A stretch of 42,977 nucleotides of DNA from positions 1 to 42,977 of the IMG/VR virus record IMGVR_UViG_3300049021_000038, one strand, 5' to 3'. The translations under genes were made by a program, and so were the position numbers. The notes below the pieces were generated by a model, which was not told the DNA's origin, searched no databases, and saw only the letters and a list, made by a program, of their open reading frames with translations. This document shows positions 1 through 9,659 of the stretch, piece after piece; position 1 is the stretch's first letter; each line of letters opens with the position of its first letter. This DNA comes from a virus. Its lineage: Duplodnaviria > Caudoviricetes.

Positions 1-2
1 AG

Positions 3-512
3 ATTGATATCAACACCGGCGTCAAACTGCCCTCTGGCTACGAGTGGCTTGACCCTAATGACCAAAGCAAGGGCGTAAAGCCTATTCCCGGTGGCCCAGC
101 AACGCAGGTTCCTGGCGAATTGGCTGCGCGTGTCGGCATGGGTGAAAACTTCCTCTCAAATGACCTTCCTTTCCTTCGCAAGCCCGAAAATCTTGAGGCA
201 GCGACCGGCCCAATTGACCGCGCTCAGGCATGGGCTGGGTATGGCAAACCAGCAGAGATCCAGCGCAAATTCCAGTCTGGGGTTGAGGTGCTTTCGCGCC
301 TTCTCTCTGGCGCCGGCATGACACAGGTTGAAATCGATGAAAAGACGGCTCGTTATATGCCGACATTGGCAGACGGCCCTGAAAGCCTGAAGACAAAACT
401 TGATCAGCTCGAAGCCGAAATCAAGGCGGCTGGCGATGCGGCAATGCGTGGTCGCGGTGGGAGCATCGCCGCTCAGCCAGACCAAAACGCCGACCCGCTG
501 GGGATTCGATAA
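3..512 (+). CDS. C-terminal part of a virion ejection (DNA transfer) protein, 5'-truncated
   Basis: Frame is open from position 3 (IDINTGVKLPSGYEW...) to TAA at 512 and ends in DPLGIR. Probably continues the ORF that starts at 42345. Confidence 0.7.
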   Translation: MDINTGVKLPSGYEWLDPNDQSKGVKPIPGGPATQVPGELAARVGMGENFLSNDLPFLRKPENLEAATGPIDRAQAWAGYGKPAEIQRKFQSGVEVLSRLLSGAGMTQVEIDEKTARYMPTLADGPESLKTKLDQLEAEIKAAGDAAMRGRGGSIAAQPDQNADPLGIR

Positions 513-2384
513 ATGCCGACCATTGCCGAAGTCCGTCAGAAATACCCTCAGTATCAGGACATGAGCGACGAGGCTTTGGCGGGTGCGCTGCACAAGAAAT
601 ATTACAGCGACATGCCGGAAGCCGATTTTAATGCAAAGATCGGCCTGGCGGCACAGCCGGCGCCCGTCGAGCAGGGTTTCGAGCGTGCCACAATCCTGCC
701 GTTCGGCAAGGACAAGGCAACCGGCGAAATCAGCATGGCCGTCCCTGGCTTGCTCAAGGGCCTTTTCGAAAGCGGCGCACAGGCTGTAACCGCTCCCGGT
801 CGTGCCATGAGCGGCGAACTGCAGGTTATGGGGCCAGAAGGTGTTACTCCGGAAGCTATTCAGGAAGGTCTCAACTTCGCCGGCTGGGCAAGCCCCGCCT
901 CACCCGCCTCCGGCCTCGCAAAAGCCGCTGTCAAGGTTCCGCCGCAGCCGGCTCCGCTCGGAGAGGGCCAGCAAGCGGCTTTGGCTGCTCAGCGTCTTGG
1001 AGTGGATCTTCCTCGCGCTGCTGCTTCTGATCGTATTTCTGTCCAGCAGATGGGAAAAGCCCTAACGAATGTCCCGATAGGCGGCACGCCGCTGCGCAAG
1101 GCTTCGGAAACGGCAATAAATCAGCTTGACGATGCAGCAACGCGGGTCCAGCAGGGTTTTGGCTCCGGTGATGTCGCGAAGGCTGGTGCTCTTGCCCGCC
1201 AAGGGGTGAAAGACTATTCTGTAAGCACCCTCGATGACCTTGTGAGCAAAAAATATGCCGTGGTGGATGACCTTGTTAAGCCGGATGTCACGGTTCCTCT
1301 CGCCAAAACCAGAGCCCTTGCAGCCCGTGTTCTTAACGATCGAAAAGGCGCCGCACTTCCGGCTGAAGGCCCAGCGATCGGTATTGTCAAAGAGGCAATA
1401 ACTCGCCCAGAAGGTCTAAACTATAACGGTATCAAGCGCTTGCGCACCGATGTTGGTGCGATGCTTAAAAACCCGCAGTTGGCGCCGCAGGGAACGTCAA
1501 ATGACGAACTGAAGGCGCTTTACGGGTCGCTCTCTGATGATCTGAAGAATGCGGCAAAGGTTGCCGGTGGCGATAAGGGCCTGGCTGCGTTTGAGGAAGC
1601 CAACAGTTTCGCTGCCAAGACGATTGCGGAGCAGAAGGTCCTCGATAAGATCATTGGCCCGCAGAGTGACGAGGGGCTGTTTTCCAGCATCCAGGCTATG
1701 GCCGGCTCGAATTCCCGCGCCAATATCCAATCGCTGATGCGCGTTCGCAAGGCTGTCAGCCCTGAAACGTGGAACGAGATTTCCTCGGCGGTCATTTCAA
1801 AGATGGGGCGCGATGCAGACGGCAATTTCACGCCGGATCGCTTCCTGACGGCTTATGGCAAGCTCTCGGACAATGGCAAGACGCTGTTGTTCAAGGGCAA
1901 CGGCAACAAGGAATTAGCTTCTTCGCTTGAGGATATCGCCACAGTCTCGCGCCGGTTCAAGCAACTCAACCAGTTTGCAAACCCGTCTGGGACCGCGCAA
2001 AACCTGATTGGCGGCGCTATTCCCCTTGGCCTGTGGGTTGAGCCGACGACACTCATCAGCAGCGTTGCATCAAGCCGGGTTCTATCGAGCGTCATGGCAA
2101 AGCCGACTTCCGCGAAGAAGCTGGCCGAATGGGCGAAGGCTTATGAAAAGGTCGCCGTGGCACCAACGCCGGCAAACAGCAACATGCTCGGTGTCCGTGC
2201 GAAGGTTCTGGCTCTCGCTGTTGCGAACGACGCAGGCAATCCGGGCCTGTTCAACAGCCTAGTATCGCCACTTTCGATACCCCAGAAGGTAAAAGCAGGC
2301 CCAGAAAACGGCCCAGGGTTGATGGAACTGCCACAGGATGGCGATACCCAAAATCCACGCATGCTTCTTCCGAATGAACTTTAG
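513..2384 (+). CDS. Large virion ejection / DNA transfer protein
   Basis: 623 aa, Ala-rich and helical-looking, located in the podovirus internal-protein block. Confidence 0.7.
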   Translation: MPTIAEVRQKYPQYQDMSDEALAGALHKKYYSDMPEADFNAKIGLAAQPAPVEQGFERATILPFGKDKATGEISMAVPGLLKGLFESGAQAVTAPGRAMSGELQVMGPEGVTPEAIQEGLNFAGWASPASPASGLAKAAVKVPPQPAPLGEGQQAALAAQRLGVDLPRAAASDRISVQQMGKALTNVPIGGTPLRKASETAINQLDDAATRVQQGFGSGDVAKAGALARQGVKDYSVSTLDDLVSKKYAVVDDLVKPDVTVPLAKTRALAARVLNDRKGAALPAEGPAIGIVKEAITRPEGLNYNGIKRLRTDVGAMLKNPQLAPQGTSNDELKALYGSLSDDLKNAAKVAGGDKGLAAFEEANSFAAKTIAEQKVLDKIIGPQSDEGLFSSIQAMAGSNSRANIQSLMRVRKAVSPETWNEISSAVISKMGRDADGNFTPDRFLTAYGKLSDNGKTLLFKGNGNKELASSLEDIATVSRRFKQLNQFANPSGTAQNLIGGAIPLGLWVEPTTLISSVASSRVLSSVMAKPTSAKKLAEWAKAYEKVAVAPTPANSNMLGVRAKVLALAVANDAGNPGLFNSLVSPLSIPQKVKAGPENGPGLMELPQDGDTQNPRMLLPNEL

Positions 2385-2424
2385 CGTCATCGGCTAACTA
2401 AACCTGAACATCGCTGATTTTTCA

Positions 2425-2450
2425 AGGTGTGGCGCAATCCACGCCTCTTT
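2425..2450 (+). terminator. Possible intrinsic terminator or hairpin
   Basis: AGGTGTGG-CGCAAT-CCACGCCT followed by CTTT. Confidence 0.4.
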
Positions 2451-2465
2451 GCCGTGGGGTAATCA

Positions 2466-3215
2466 ATGGCTCAAGACATCCGGCAAGGCATCGTCGCGAC
2501 GGCAAATGCCCTTGGGATCAGCCCAATCGATCTTGCTACCGCCATTTCCTATGAGACGGCCGGCACTTTCGACCCGGCAAAGAGCGGTCCAACAACCAAA
2601 TGGGGCCAGCATCGGGGGCTTATTCAGTTCGGTGAACCGCAGGCTCAGAAATACGGCGTCGATTGGCAAAATCCTGTCGGCTCCCAGCTTGGAGAGAACG
2701 GCGCGGTTGCCAAATACCTGCGCGACACTGGCGTAAAGCCGGGAATGGGGCTGATGGACGTTTACAGCGCCATCAACGCGGGCGGCGTCGGGCGTTACGA
2801 TCGATCGGACGCTGCTGCGGGCGGGGCTCCTGGCACAGTTGCCGATAAGGTCAACAACCAGATGGCCGGCCATCGTGAGAAGGCTATGGCGCTGCTTGGC
2901 GATATGGCCCCATCCCAGTCTTACGCCGGCATGGCAGACGGTCCGAAAGGGCAGGAGGCTTATTCGGCGCCCGTCATGGGCTCGATGATGGCTTCGGCAC
3001 CTTCACCGCAACCTTCCAGCGCGATCCCTGCCGGAGTCCAGGCTTCCGCCACGCCCTCGTCATCGTCATCGCTTGGCGACGTGTTCGGCATGCTGGCAGC
3101 ACAGGCAGCACAGCCACAGCAACAGGCCGCGCCAGTTCAGGTTATGGGACCGTCGCCAGAGCAGGCGAACGCGCTGAGCAACTTCCTCCAGAGCCTTCGC
3201 GGGAGGCCCGTCTGA
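2466..3215 (+). CDS. Virion protein with an N-terminal lysozyme/lytic transglycosylase-like domain
   Basis: ISYET (candidate catalytic Glu) and GLIQF motifs, followed by a low-complexity P/S/A/Q tail. Confidence 0.65.
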   Translation: MAQDIRQGIVATANALGISPIDLATAISYETAGTFDPAKSGPTTKWGQHRGLIQFGEPQAQKYGVDWQNPVGSQLGENGAVAKYLRDTGVKPGMGLMDVYSAINAGGVGRYDRSDAAAGGAPGTVADKVNNQMAGHREKAMALLGDMAPSQSYAGMADGPKGQEAYSAPVMGSMMASAPSPQPSSAIPAGVQASATPSSSSSLGDVFGMLAAQAAQPQQQAAPVQVMGPSPEQANALSNFLQSLRGRPV

Positions 3216-3379
3216 TGGACATGCCGGCCATTTCCGACATTGCGAACTCTGAAAGCGTCCGCGTCGTCATTTTCATCAACAATCAACAAGTGCACGCCCC
3301 GCTTGCGGCCATCCTCAAGGAATTGACTGAGGCGATTGCCGACCTTGAGGCTCGCGTGACGGATCTCGAAACCCCGTAA
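3215..3379 (+). CDS. Small coiled-coil tail-associated protein (54 aa)
   Basis: Not in the ORF track. TGATG-coupled start; reads MDMPAISDIANSESVRVVIF...IADLEARVTDLETP. Confidence 0.7.
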   Translation: MDMPAISDIANSESVRVVIFINNQQVHAPLAAILKELTEAIADLEARVTDLETP

Positions 3380-3388
3380 GGAAGAACC

Positions 3389-4348
3389 ATGTCAAAAGAC
3401 AGTGTAGGTGATTGGGATACTGACGCCAACGACAACACGGACGTTGGTGGCAATAACATTGCTGAAGGTTGCCCGCCGTCTTCGATCAATAACGCCATTC
3501 GCACCGTCATGGCGCAGATCAAGACATGGTACGAGAACGTTCCGCAGCTCGACGCCGACAATGATTTCACCGGGGCGAACACCTTCACGACTGCACCGAC
3601 GTTCTCGACGGCCCTTGCGATCGCCAGCGGCGGCACAGGGGGGGTAACGGCAAGCGCAGCCCGTACCGCTCTAGGGCTTGCCGCCATTGCTGCATCTGGG
3701 TCTGCCTCCGATCTCTCTACGGGAACGGTGCCAAGTGCCCAGATCAGTGGAGCGTATACTGGGTTTACCACGATAACGCTCACGAGCCTGAACTTTGCGT
3801 CAACCCTAACCATTGGTGATGGCGGAGAGGATTTTCGGTTCAACGCAGACGGCTTCCTGTCCAACGGGATGACGGTCACTAAAACAGCCATCAATGACGC
3901 AGGGACTGGGCTGTCTTTCCAAAAGAACGGGATTATCTGGGTTTCCCGAGACGGCCTTGCTAGCGGGTTTTACAACCGGGACACCAGTGATGGCGCACTA
4001 ATGCAATTCGGGCGGAGCAAGACTGCCGTTGGCAACATTTCCGTAACCACCGTCTCAACGGCCTTCAACACCAGCTCCGACGAAAGAATGAAGCATGACT
4101 TCCGGCCGATCGACCCAAGCCTTGTCGATCAGGTTGCGGTCTATGATTTTGCGTGGAATGCCGAGGGGACAGCAAGAGCCTACGGCGTCAAGGCGCAAGA
4201 ACTGTATTCCGTCATGCCGCAGGCAGTTTCTCAAGGTGAAACGCCGGAGGCCATGTGGTCGGTCGATTACTCCAAGTTGGTGCCTCTTTTGATTGCCAAG
4301 GTGCAAAACCTTGAAGCCAGGCTAGCGCTCATGGAGAGCGCTTCATGA
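3389..4348 (+). CDS. Tail fibre with a C-terminal intramolecular chaperone (peptidase S74-like)
   Basis: GGTG...ARTALGL fibre repeat, then an SDERMKHD...GVKAQE...VDYSKLVPLLIAKVQNL autocleaving chaperone motif. AAGGA RBS. Confidence 0.85.
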   Translation: MSKDSVGDWDTDANDNTDVGGNNIAEGCPPSSINNAIRTVMAQIKTWYENVPQLDADNDFTGANTFTTAPTFSTALAIASGGTGGVTASAARTALGLAAIAASGSASDLSTGTVPSAQISGAYTGFTTITLTSLNFASTLTIGDGGEDFRFNADGFLSNGMTVTKTAINDAGTGLSFQKNGIIWVSRDGLASGFYNRDTSDGALMQFGRSKTAVGNISVTTVSTAFNTSSDERMKHDFRPIDPSLVDQVAVYDFAWNAEGTARAYGVKAQELYSVMPQAVSQGETPEAMWSVDYSKLVPLLIAKVQNLEARLALMESAS

Positions 4349-4419
4349 GCGACAATCGCACGCCTTCAGGCAATCTCTGAAATCTCCGAGACAATTTGCT
4401 ATAAAGAAGAGGACGACCT

Positions 4420-5958
4420 ATGGCCGTGCCGTATCACACTCACGAATTCACGATCCCGGTTGCCTCGACCGCAGAGGCAGAGGCAGGGCTGATCAACAGC
4501 AAGGTCATCACGCCTGCACAGTTGCAGATCAAGGCCAGCAAAGCCGCCAATCTGTCCGATCTCGCGGACGTGGCAACGGCGCGGACGAACCTCGGGCTTG
4601 GCATTGGTTCGAACGTTCAGGCATATGATGCGGATCTCACCGCCATTGCGGCGCTCACCAGCGCGGCTAACAAGGTTCCTTACGCTACAGGCGCTGGGAC
4701 GTGGGCGCTTGCCGACTTCTCGGCGGCTGGTCGCGCGTTGGTTGACGACGCGGATGCATCAGGCCAGAGAGCCACTCTTGAACTAGGTGACTCGGCAACG
4801 CTGGATGTTGGCACTACAGCCGGAACGGTCGCGGCCGGTGACGACACACGGATAGTGAATGCCGTCCAGACTCTTGAACTCGCACAGGTGCGCCCGACAA
4901 TTATCAGAGGGGCGCATGTCGCGGACGCTCTGTGGGACAGCCAGATATCCCTTTACGAGAATGGAGAGCGTGGGCCACTGTTCATCTGGAATAACCCGGC
5001 TCCTGGTGATTTCGAGCCGACTGGCGAAAACGCGGGCCTGCAAATCTGGATTGGCGACAACCCGACCGCTACGCCAGGCGGCGGCCATGCAGTCGGCGCG
5101 ACGATCGCCGTTATCAATGGCAATAGCCGTACAGCTCTCTACGGGATGAACCTGCTCGTCGGCCTTTCTACGGGCGGCGGGTTCGCTGATGGATTCCTCT
5201 GCGGCTTGGAAATCAACACATACGCAGACCATGCCGCGACAGTCACTGATCCTTACGGCGGCGGCAATAGAAAGAATGCGCTCGAAATAACGATGCAGGG
5301 CAGCATTGGTCGCATTACCACAGCCATTATGCTCTACGCCACCGATACAACAGGATCGGCTTGGTATCAAAATGGTATCGCGCTATCGCGTTGCTTTGAT
5401 CAGGGCATTACCTTTTACAAAGACCCTGGCGGCGGCGTTGATAGCGTTAACGCCTTCCAGACGGCGGCGATCTACGACAAGTCGAGTTCCACCAACGTCC
5501 TGAAAGTCGACGGCGACCACGCCAACATCATCAACCTTGCGGGACTAGGGACGCTTTCCGAGGATTTCATTCGGGGCGATTCCAGCGCCCCAACGGTGCT
5601 GCCCATCCGAAACCGGGCGAACCAATCGCTGTCTATTGCGCTTGACGCGGGTGGCGGAGCTTCGCAACAGGTCGCGATCGATTTCCGCGACTCCGGTACA
5701 GGCCGATGGGGATTGATCAAAAATTCCGGCAATGATTTCGCCGTCTACAACTACTTCCTTGCGGCGTCGGCAATCTTCCTAGGCATCAATGACAACTCAG
5801 CCGTGTTTGCTGGAAACGTGACTCTCTCCCCGGGGTCGAGCGTTACGCCTGCCAACAATGGGCAGGTAACATTCCAGCTCACCAGCAACACGCAATTGAC
5901 GTTCAAGGCCAAGGGCAGCGACGGAACGGTCCGCTCTGGAAGCGTCACGCTATCTTAA
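4420..5958 (+). CDS. Second tail fibre / tailspike (receptor-binding protein)
   Basis: [17 protein letters not shown] and [13 protein letters not shown] fibre motifs, a beta-rich body, and a [16 protein letters not shown]-terminus. GAGG RBS. Confidence 0.8.
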   Translation: MAVPYHTHEFTIPVASTAEAEAGLINSKVITPAQLQIKASKAANLSDLADVATARTNLGLGIGSNVQAYDADLTAIAALTSAANKVPYATGAGTWALADFSAAGRALVDDADASGQRATLELGDSATLDVGTTAGTVAAGDDTRIVNAVQTLELAQVRPTIIRGAHVADALWDSQISLYENGERGPLFIWNNPAPGDFEPTGENAGLQIWIGDNPTATPGGGHAVGATIAVINGNSRTALYGMNLLVGLSTGGGFADGFLCGLEINTYADHAATVTDPYGGGNRKNALEITMQGSIGRITTAIMLYATDTTGSAWYQNGIALSRCFDQGITFYKDPGGGVDSVNAFQTAAIYDKSSSTNVLKVDGDHANIINLAGLGTLSEDFIRGDSSAPTVLPIRNRANQSLSIALDAGGGASQQVAIDFRDSGTGRWGLIKNSGNDFAVYNYFLAASAIFLGINDNSAVFAGNVTLSPGSSVTPANNGQVTFQLTSNTQLTFKAKGSDGTVRSGSVTLS

Positions 5959-5974
5959 CCTTTCGGAGAACGAG

Positions 5975-6250
5975 ATGAAGACTGTAAAATTCGCCCCTGC
6001 GAAAAGCCAGGAATACAAGGCTATTCTAGGGGCGCTTTTGAGCCAGACGAATGCCAAGGATGAAGGCTTTACCATCGATCAGGTGCGGACGGCCATCAAG
6101 GCGATGGACAAGATCGAGGCGGCCGGCGATGACGTGGCATTCGAGGATACCGAATATGCCTATGTCGCAGAGCGGGTCAAGGGCGCTCGGTTCACGGTTG
6201 CTAGCCGAGATGTGGTCGAGTTCGTGGACGCGGTGCTGAACGCTTCATAA
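5975..6250 (+). CDS. Small protein after the tail fibre (possible fibre chaperone)
   Basis: GGAG RBS, 91 aa; assigned by position only. Confidence 0.6.
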   Translation: MKTVKFAPAKSQEYKAILGALLSQTNAKDEGFTIDQVRTAIKAMDKIEAAGDDVAFEDTEYAYVAERVKGARFTVASRDVVEFVDAVLNAS

Positions 6251-6319
6251 TCAATTGACGTTTGATTGCGACGTGTGCGATGTGTCGTTGCATCTTGCAA
6301 CCCAATAGGAGCGTACACG

Positions 6320-6958
6320 TTGCAGCCATGTTTTTCGTGGGAGGGCGAAGATATTGTCGCCAATAAGATCCTCATCGACACTTTGGGGGTAGAGAACGGG
6401 TACTATCTCGATATCGGGGCACATCATCCGTTCAATCTATCAAATACCGCCTATTTTTACCGGAAGGGGTGGAGAGGCCTGAACGTGGACGCCATGCCTG
6501 GCGCCATGAACGAATTCATGGTCCACCGGCCGGAAGATACTAATATCGAAGCAGGCGTCTCGGATGAGCCGGGGCAACTGCTGTTCACGATCTTCACCGA
6601 TCCCGGCTTGAACGGCTTCCTGAGCGACGAGGATGTGAAAACCCACGTTGACCGTGGTCAGGTGGTTGTCGAGCGCAAGACAATCGAATGTCGAACGATC
6701 AACGATATCATCGAAACCCACGCCAAGCAGCCCATTGACCTGATGAGCATCGACGTTGAAGGGCTCGATTATCGGATCATCCGCAGCATGGCCGAAAAGC
6801 ACCGGCCGAAGATGATCATCACCGAAACGCTCGGCTATCCAGATGTGGTAAGCGTTCTATCCAGTCCGATCTATGGGCTCATGACTTCCCGCGATTATTC
6901 TTTCGTCTCGCGGCTCGACTTCTCCTGCATCTTTATCGACAAGCACGCGCGGCGGTAG
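6320..6958 (+). CDS. FkbM-family (Methyltransf_21) SAM-dependent methyltransferase
   Basis: SWEGED, YLDIGAHHP...SNT and IDLMSIDVEGLD motifs. TTG start at 6320 after AGGAG. Confidence 0.85.
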   Translation: MQPCFSWEGEDIVANKILIDTLGVENGYYLDIGAHHPFNLSNTAYFYRKGWRGLNVDAMPGAMNEFMVHRPEDTNIEAGVSDEPGQLLFTIFTDPGLNGFLSDEDVKTHVDRGQVVVERKTIECRTINDIIETHAKQPIDLMSIDVEGLDYRIIRSMAEKHRPKMIITETLGYPDVVSVLSSPIYGLMTSRDYSFVSRLDFSCIFIDKHARR

Positions 6959-6990
6959 TTCGGCGCAAGACAGCATTCGCAGCGTATTTC

Positions 6991-7016
6991 AAGGCTCCCA
7001 TCTCGGGGGCCTTTTT
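6991..7016 (+). terminator. Intrinsic terminator after the FkbM gene
   Basis: AAGGCTCCC-ATCTC-GGGGGCCTT followed by a T-run. Confidence 0.75.
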
Positions 7017-7045
7017 CATTGCCCAAATCTAAAAGGACAACCCAA

Positions 7046-7087
7046 ATGACACGACGTATCAACGCGGCGGGGCTTTCGCATATCAAG
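7046..7087 (+). pseudogene. Orphaned original 5' end of the endolysin gene (MTRRINAAGLSHIK)
   Basis: AAAGGA RBS plus 14 codons that align with MGRKTNSEGVRLIK of the lysin at 7808. Interrupted exactly at the HNH stop codon. Confidence 0.75.
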
Positions 7088-7753
7088 CTAGACGAACTTC
7101 CCTTTGCCATCGCGTTTGCGCTCAACCCGACGTAAGTGCATGGGGTGTGTCGCGGCCTCTTCGATAGGCCATCCTTCATATAGCCGAGTCCTATATGCCG
7201 CTGTGCTAATGCCGTTGGCGCGAGCCTTGTGAAACCAAAGTTCGCCATCATCAGCCTTGCTCACAAACCGCCTATTGGCACTCTGAACCGCAGAATTAGC
7301 CCATGTGCAGTTATTCGGCTCGTAGTTGCCATTTACATCCTCCCGTTCAATTGTCAGATCGCTAGCGTAGCCAGACGCAAGCGCCCAGTCTCTGAACGAT
7401 GTAAAATCATCCCATTCCTGGCAGACGCGAATCCCGCGCCCGCCATAGTCTTTGTATCCTGGTCTTTTCGGATTGTTGCAGCGCCCGCGCATGTTTTTCC
7501 ATGTCTGGTAAAGCCGTGTACCTGTCGATCCGTGGCTCTTGTTGAGAGATGCAATCCGTTCGGTCCTCGCACACCCGCAAGACACCGACTTTCCTCTTCG
7601 GAGGTCGGCCCCCATCACGCTTCGTTCTACACCGCAGTCGCAGGCGCACAGCCACAGAGCAGCGCCACCGGGCGTATTTCCGCTCTGGCTTAAAACAGTC
7701 CAGCGGCTGAATTTCAGCCCTTTCAAATCAGCAAGTCTTGGATTTTTTGTCAT
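7088..7753 (-). CDS. HNH-family homing endonuclease
   Basis: WLCACDCG...SCGC, YGGRGIRVC and TIEREDVNGNYEPNNCTW motifs. Confidence 0.85.
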   Translation of the reverse strand: MTKNPRLADLKGLKFSRWTVLSQSGNTPGGAALWLCACDCGVERSVMGADLRRGKSVSCGCARTERIASLNKSHGSTGTRLYQTWKNMRGRCNNPKRPGYKDYGGRGIRVCQEWDDFTSFRDWALASGYASDLTIEREDVNGNYEPNNCTWANSAVQSANRRFVSKADDGELWFHKARANGISTAAYRTRLYEGWPIEEAATHPMHLRRVERKRDGKGKFV

Positions 7754-7758
7754 GCTTA

Positions 7759-7787
7759 CTCATACCATGACGTGGTCGGGGTAGCAA
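7759..7787 (-). promoter_or_regulatory. Candidate sigma70 promoter for a (near-)leaderless HNH transcript
   Basis: TTGCTA-N17-TATGAG ending 5 nt before the ATG at 7753; no Shine-Dalgarno (SD). Confidence 0.5.
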
Positions 7788-7807
7788 TACAGTTATGGAG
7801 AATTAGC

Positions 7808-8491
7808 ATGGGAAGAAAGACAAACTCGGAAGGCGTTCGCCTCATCAAGCAGTGGGAGGGGCTTGAATTGGTCGCTTACCGCGATGTTGCGAATGTGCTC
7901 ACCATAGGTCACGGCCATACGAGCGCGGCTGGCATTCCCTACGTCAAGGCCGGGATGCGGATCAATGACGTTGAAGCGGAAGAAATCCTCAAGTCGGATC
8001 TGCGCAAATTCGAGGAACGTGTTGAACGGCTTGTGAAAGTGAAGCTGACGGACAATCAATTCGCTGTCCTCGTCTCCTTCGATTTCAACACCGGGGCTCT
8101 TCACAAGTCAACCCTGCTGAAAAAGCTCAATGCCGGTGACTATGACGCTGTTCCAGGCGAACTCATGAAGTGGGTGAACGCGGGCGGCAAGAAGGTCAAG
8201 GGCCTCGTCAACCGCCGATCGGCTGAAGCTGGCCTGTGGGCCAAGGGGGAATACGTTTCCTCGGCAAACGCCCCTGTTCAGAAGACGGTAGCAAAGAAGG
8301 ACGTGGCTGTCATCGTCGGCACTGGCGCGGGCGGCGCTGTCACTTCGATCGCTCCTTCCGTGCCTGACATCATCGACGCAGTGACAAAGCAGCAGAGCGA
8401 GCTATCCAGCGGCGATTGGGCGAGAATGACTGTGGCTGTGCTTATCGTCGCTCTAACGGTCTACGGCATCTATCGCAAGGTTCGATCCTGA
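7808..8491 (+). CDS. Endolysin, GH24 phage lysozyme with a hydrophobic C-terminal extension
   Basis: E-x8-D-x5-T triad (WEGLELVAYRDVANVLTIG), plus FDFNTG and GLVNRRSAE. GGAG RBS before the ATG at 7808. Confidence 0.92.
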   Translation: MGRKTNSEGVRLIKQWEGLELVAYRDVANVLTIGHGHTSAAGIPYVKAGMRINDVEAEEILKSDLRKFEERVERLVKVKLTDNQFAVLVSFDFNTGALHKSTLLKKLNAGDYDAVPGELMKWVNAGGKKVKGLVNRRSAEAGLWAKGEYVSSANAPVQKTVAKKDVAVIVGTGAGGAVTSIAPSVPDIIDAVTKQQSELSSGDWARMTVAVLIVALTVYGIYRKVRS

Positions 8492-8862
8492 TGTGGGCGT
8501 TGCTGTTATCGTTCCTCAAGGGGCCGCTGGATCGCATCCTCTCGACCATCGACAACAAGGTGGACAACGAAACCGCCCGCGAGGAAATCCGCAACAAGAC
8601 GGTTTCCGCCTATGTCGAGCAGCTAGCCAAGGTGCAGACCTCGCAATGGGGCTGGGCTCCGCTGTTGTTCTATATCCCGGTCGGATTCTGGTTTGCCGCA
8701 GTATGTCTGTATTCCGTCTTGTGGTGCCGCGCATGTGCGTTCCCGCAAGTCTGGAGCATCGCCGCGCTGCCGCCATCGCTGGATCCTTGGATTGGGGCAA
8801 TCATCGGGTCTCTCTTCATAGGGAAGGCAGGCGAAACAATTCTACGGGGGCTTCGTAGATAA
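8491..8862 (+). CDS. Putative holin / lysis membrane protein
   Basis: TGATG-coupled to the lysin; several hydrophobic segments and a basic C-terminus. Confidence 0.6.
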   Translation: MWALLLSFLKGPLDRILSTIDNKVDNETAREEIRNKTVSAYVEQLAKVQTSQWGWAPLLFYIPVGFWFAAVCLYSVLWCRACAFPQVWSIAALPPSLDPWIGAIIGSLFIGKAGETILRGLRR

Positions 8863-9004
8863 AAGCGGCCGGCCGCTCTGCGCGAACAGAGCGACACGGC
8901 CTAACCGCGCGACGCAGGGGCATCGCAACGGCTGGCACATATTACCAGCCTAGTGCTCCGTAATCGTTAATTTTGGGGAATAGGACAGGGGCACGACGGG
9001 GCGC

Positions 9005-9637
9005 ATGGCACAACCAGGAACAAACGATATGGCAACCAACGGCTTTGATCCGGCGACCCAGTACGCCCGCATCTCCGAGCGCGTGGAGAACCAAGGCAAA
9101 GACATCATCGACCTCCGGAGCAACATGAACACCGGGTTCCAGACGGTCAATGCTGCGATTGCCGGTCTTTCGAACGAGCTTCGCAACAATTCGAGAACCC
9201 AATGGCCTGTGATATGGGCCGCTCTCAGCGTCGGCGTCACCATCCTCGCCGGCCTCGGCTTCATGTCTCTTCAGCCTATCAAGGACAACACGGCACGACT
9301 TGAGACGGCATTCGTTCGGCTCTCGGAATCGTCCGTTTCCCAGAAAGAGATGGAGTGGCGCACGGCCCGCGGCGCGGAAGACAGGCTTCGAACTGAGGCA
9401 TCTATCTCCGATATCCGGTCAAACACAGTCGGCCGGAACGAGTGGAGTGAGCGGAATCATGCTCGCGACAATGAAATCGCCAGCCTCAGCCAGCGCATTG
9501 AAGAACTGCGGCAACAGGCCGGCGCGATCTATGGCACGCGCGATGTCGTAGTAGACATCAAGCGCCAGGTGGACAATCTCCGGCAAATCGTATTCGAGCG
9601 CGTCGGCCCCGGCGCCGCTGCCAGCATCGAACGCTGA
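9005..9637 (+). CDS. Single-pass membrane coiled-coil protein in the lysis region
   Basis: TM segment WPVIWAALSVGVTILAGLGFM flanked by heptad-like regions. Confidence 0.7.
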   Translation: MAQPGTNDMATNGFDPATQYARISERVENQGKDIIDLRSNMNTGFQTVNAAIAGLSNELRNNSRTQWPVIWAALSVGVTILAGLGFMSLQPIKDNTARLETAFVRLSESSVSQKEMEWRTARGAEDRLRTEASISDIRSNTVGRNEWSERNHARDNEIASLSQRIEELRQQAGAIYGTRDVVVDIKRQVDNLRQIVFERVGPGAAASIER

Positions 9638-9659
9638 CCTCTCATCAAAGGATACTGAC

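Noticed and set aside
3389-5958. Diversity-generating retroelement or invertible tail-fibre switch
   Set aside because: No reverse transcriptase, no invertase, and no template/variable repeat pair noticed.
7772-7807. Longer ORF-track starts (lysin 7772; also cI 22764, terL 31787, terS 31468, MTase 26090, 27851, 28183)
   Set aside because: Downstream ATGs have better RBS, coupling or promoter context; the extensions overlap neighbouring genes or regulatory sites.
7088-7849. Group I intron in the endolysin
   Set aside because: The insert is almost entirely an antisense ORF plus about 95 bp holding a promoter, an RBS and a new start. That leaves no room for a ribozyme core, and the downstream lysin is complete on its own.
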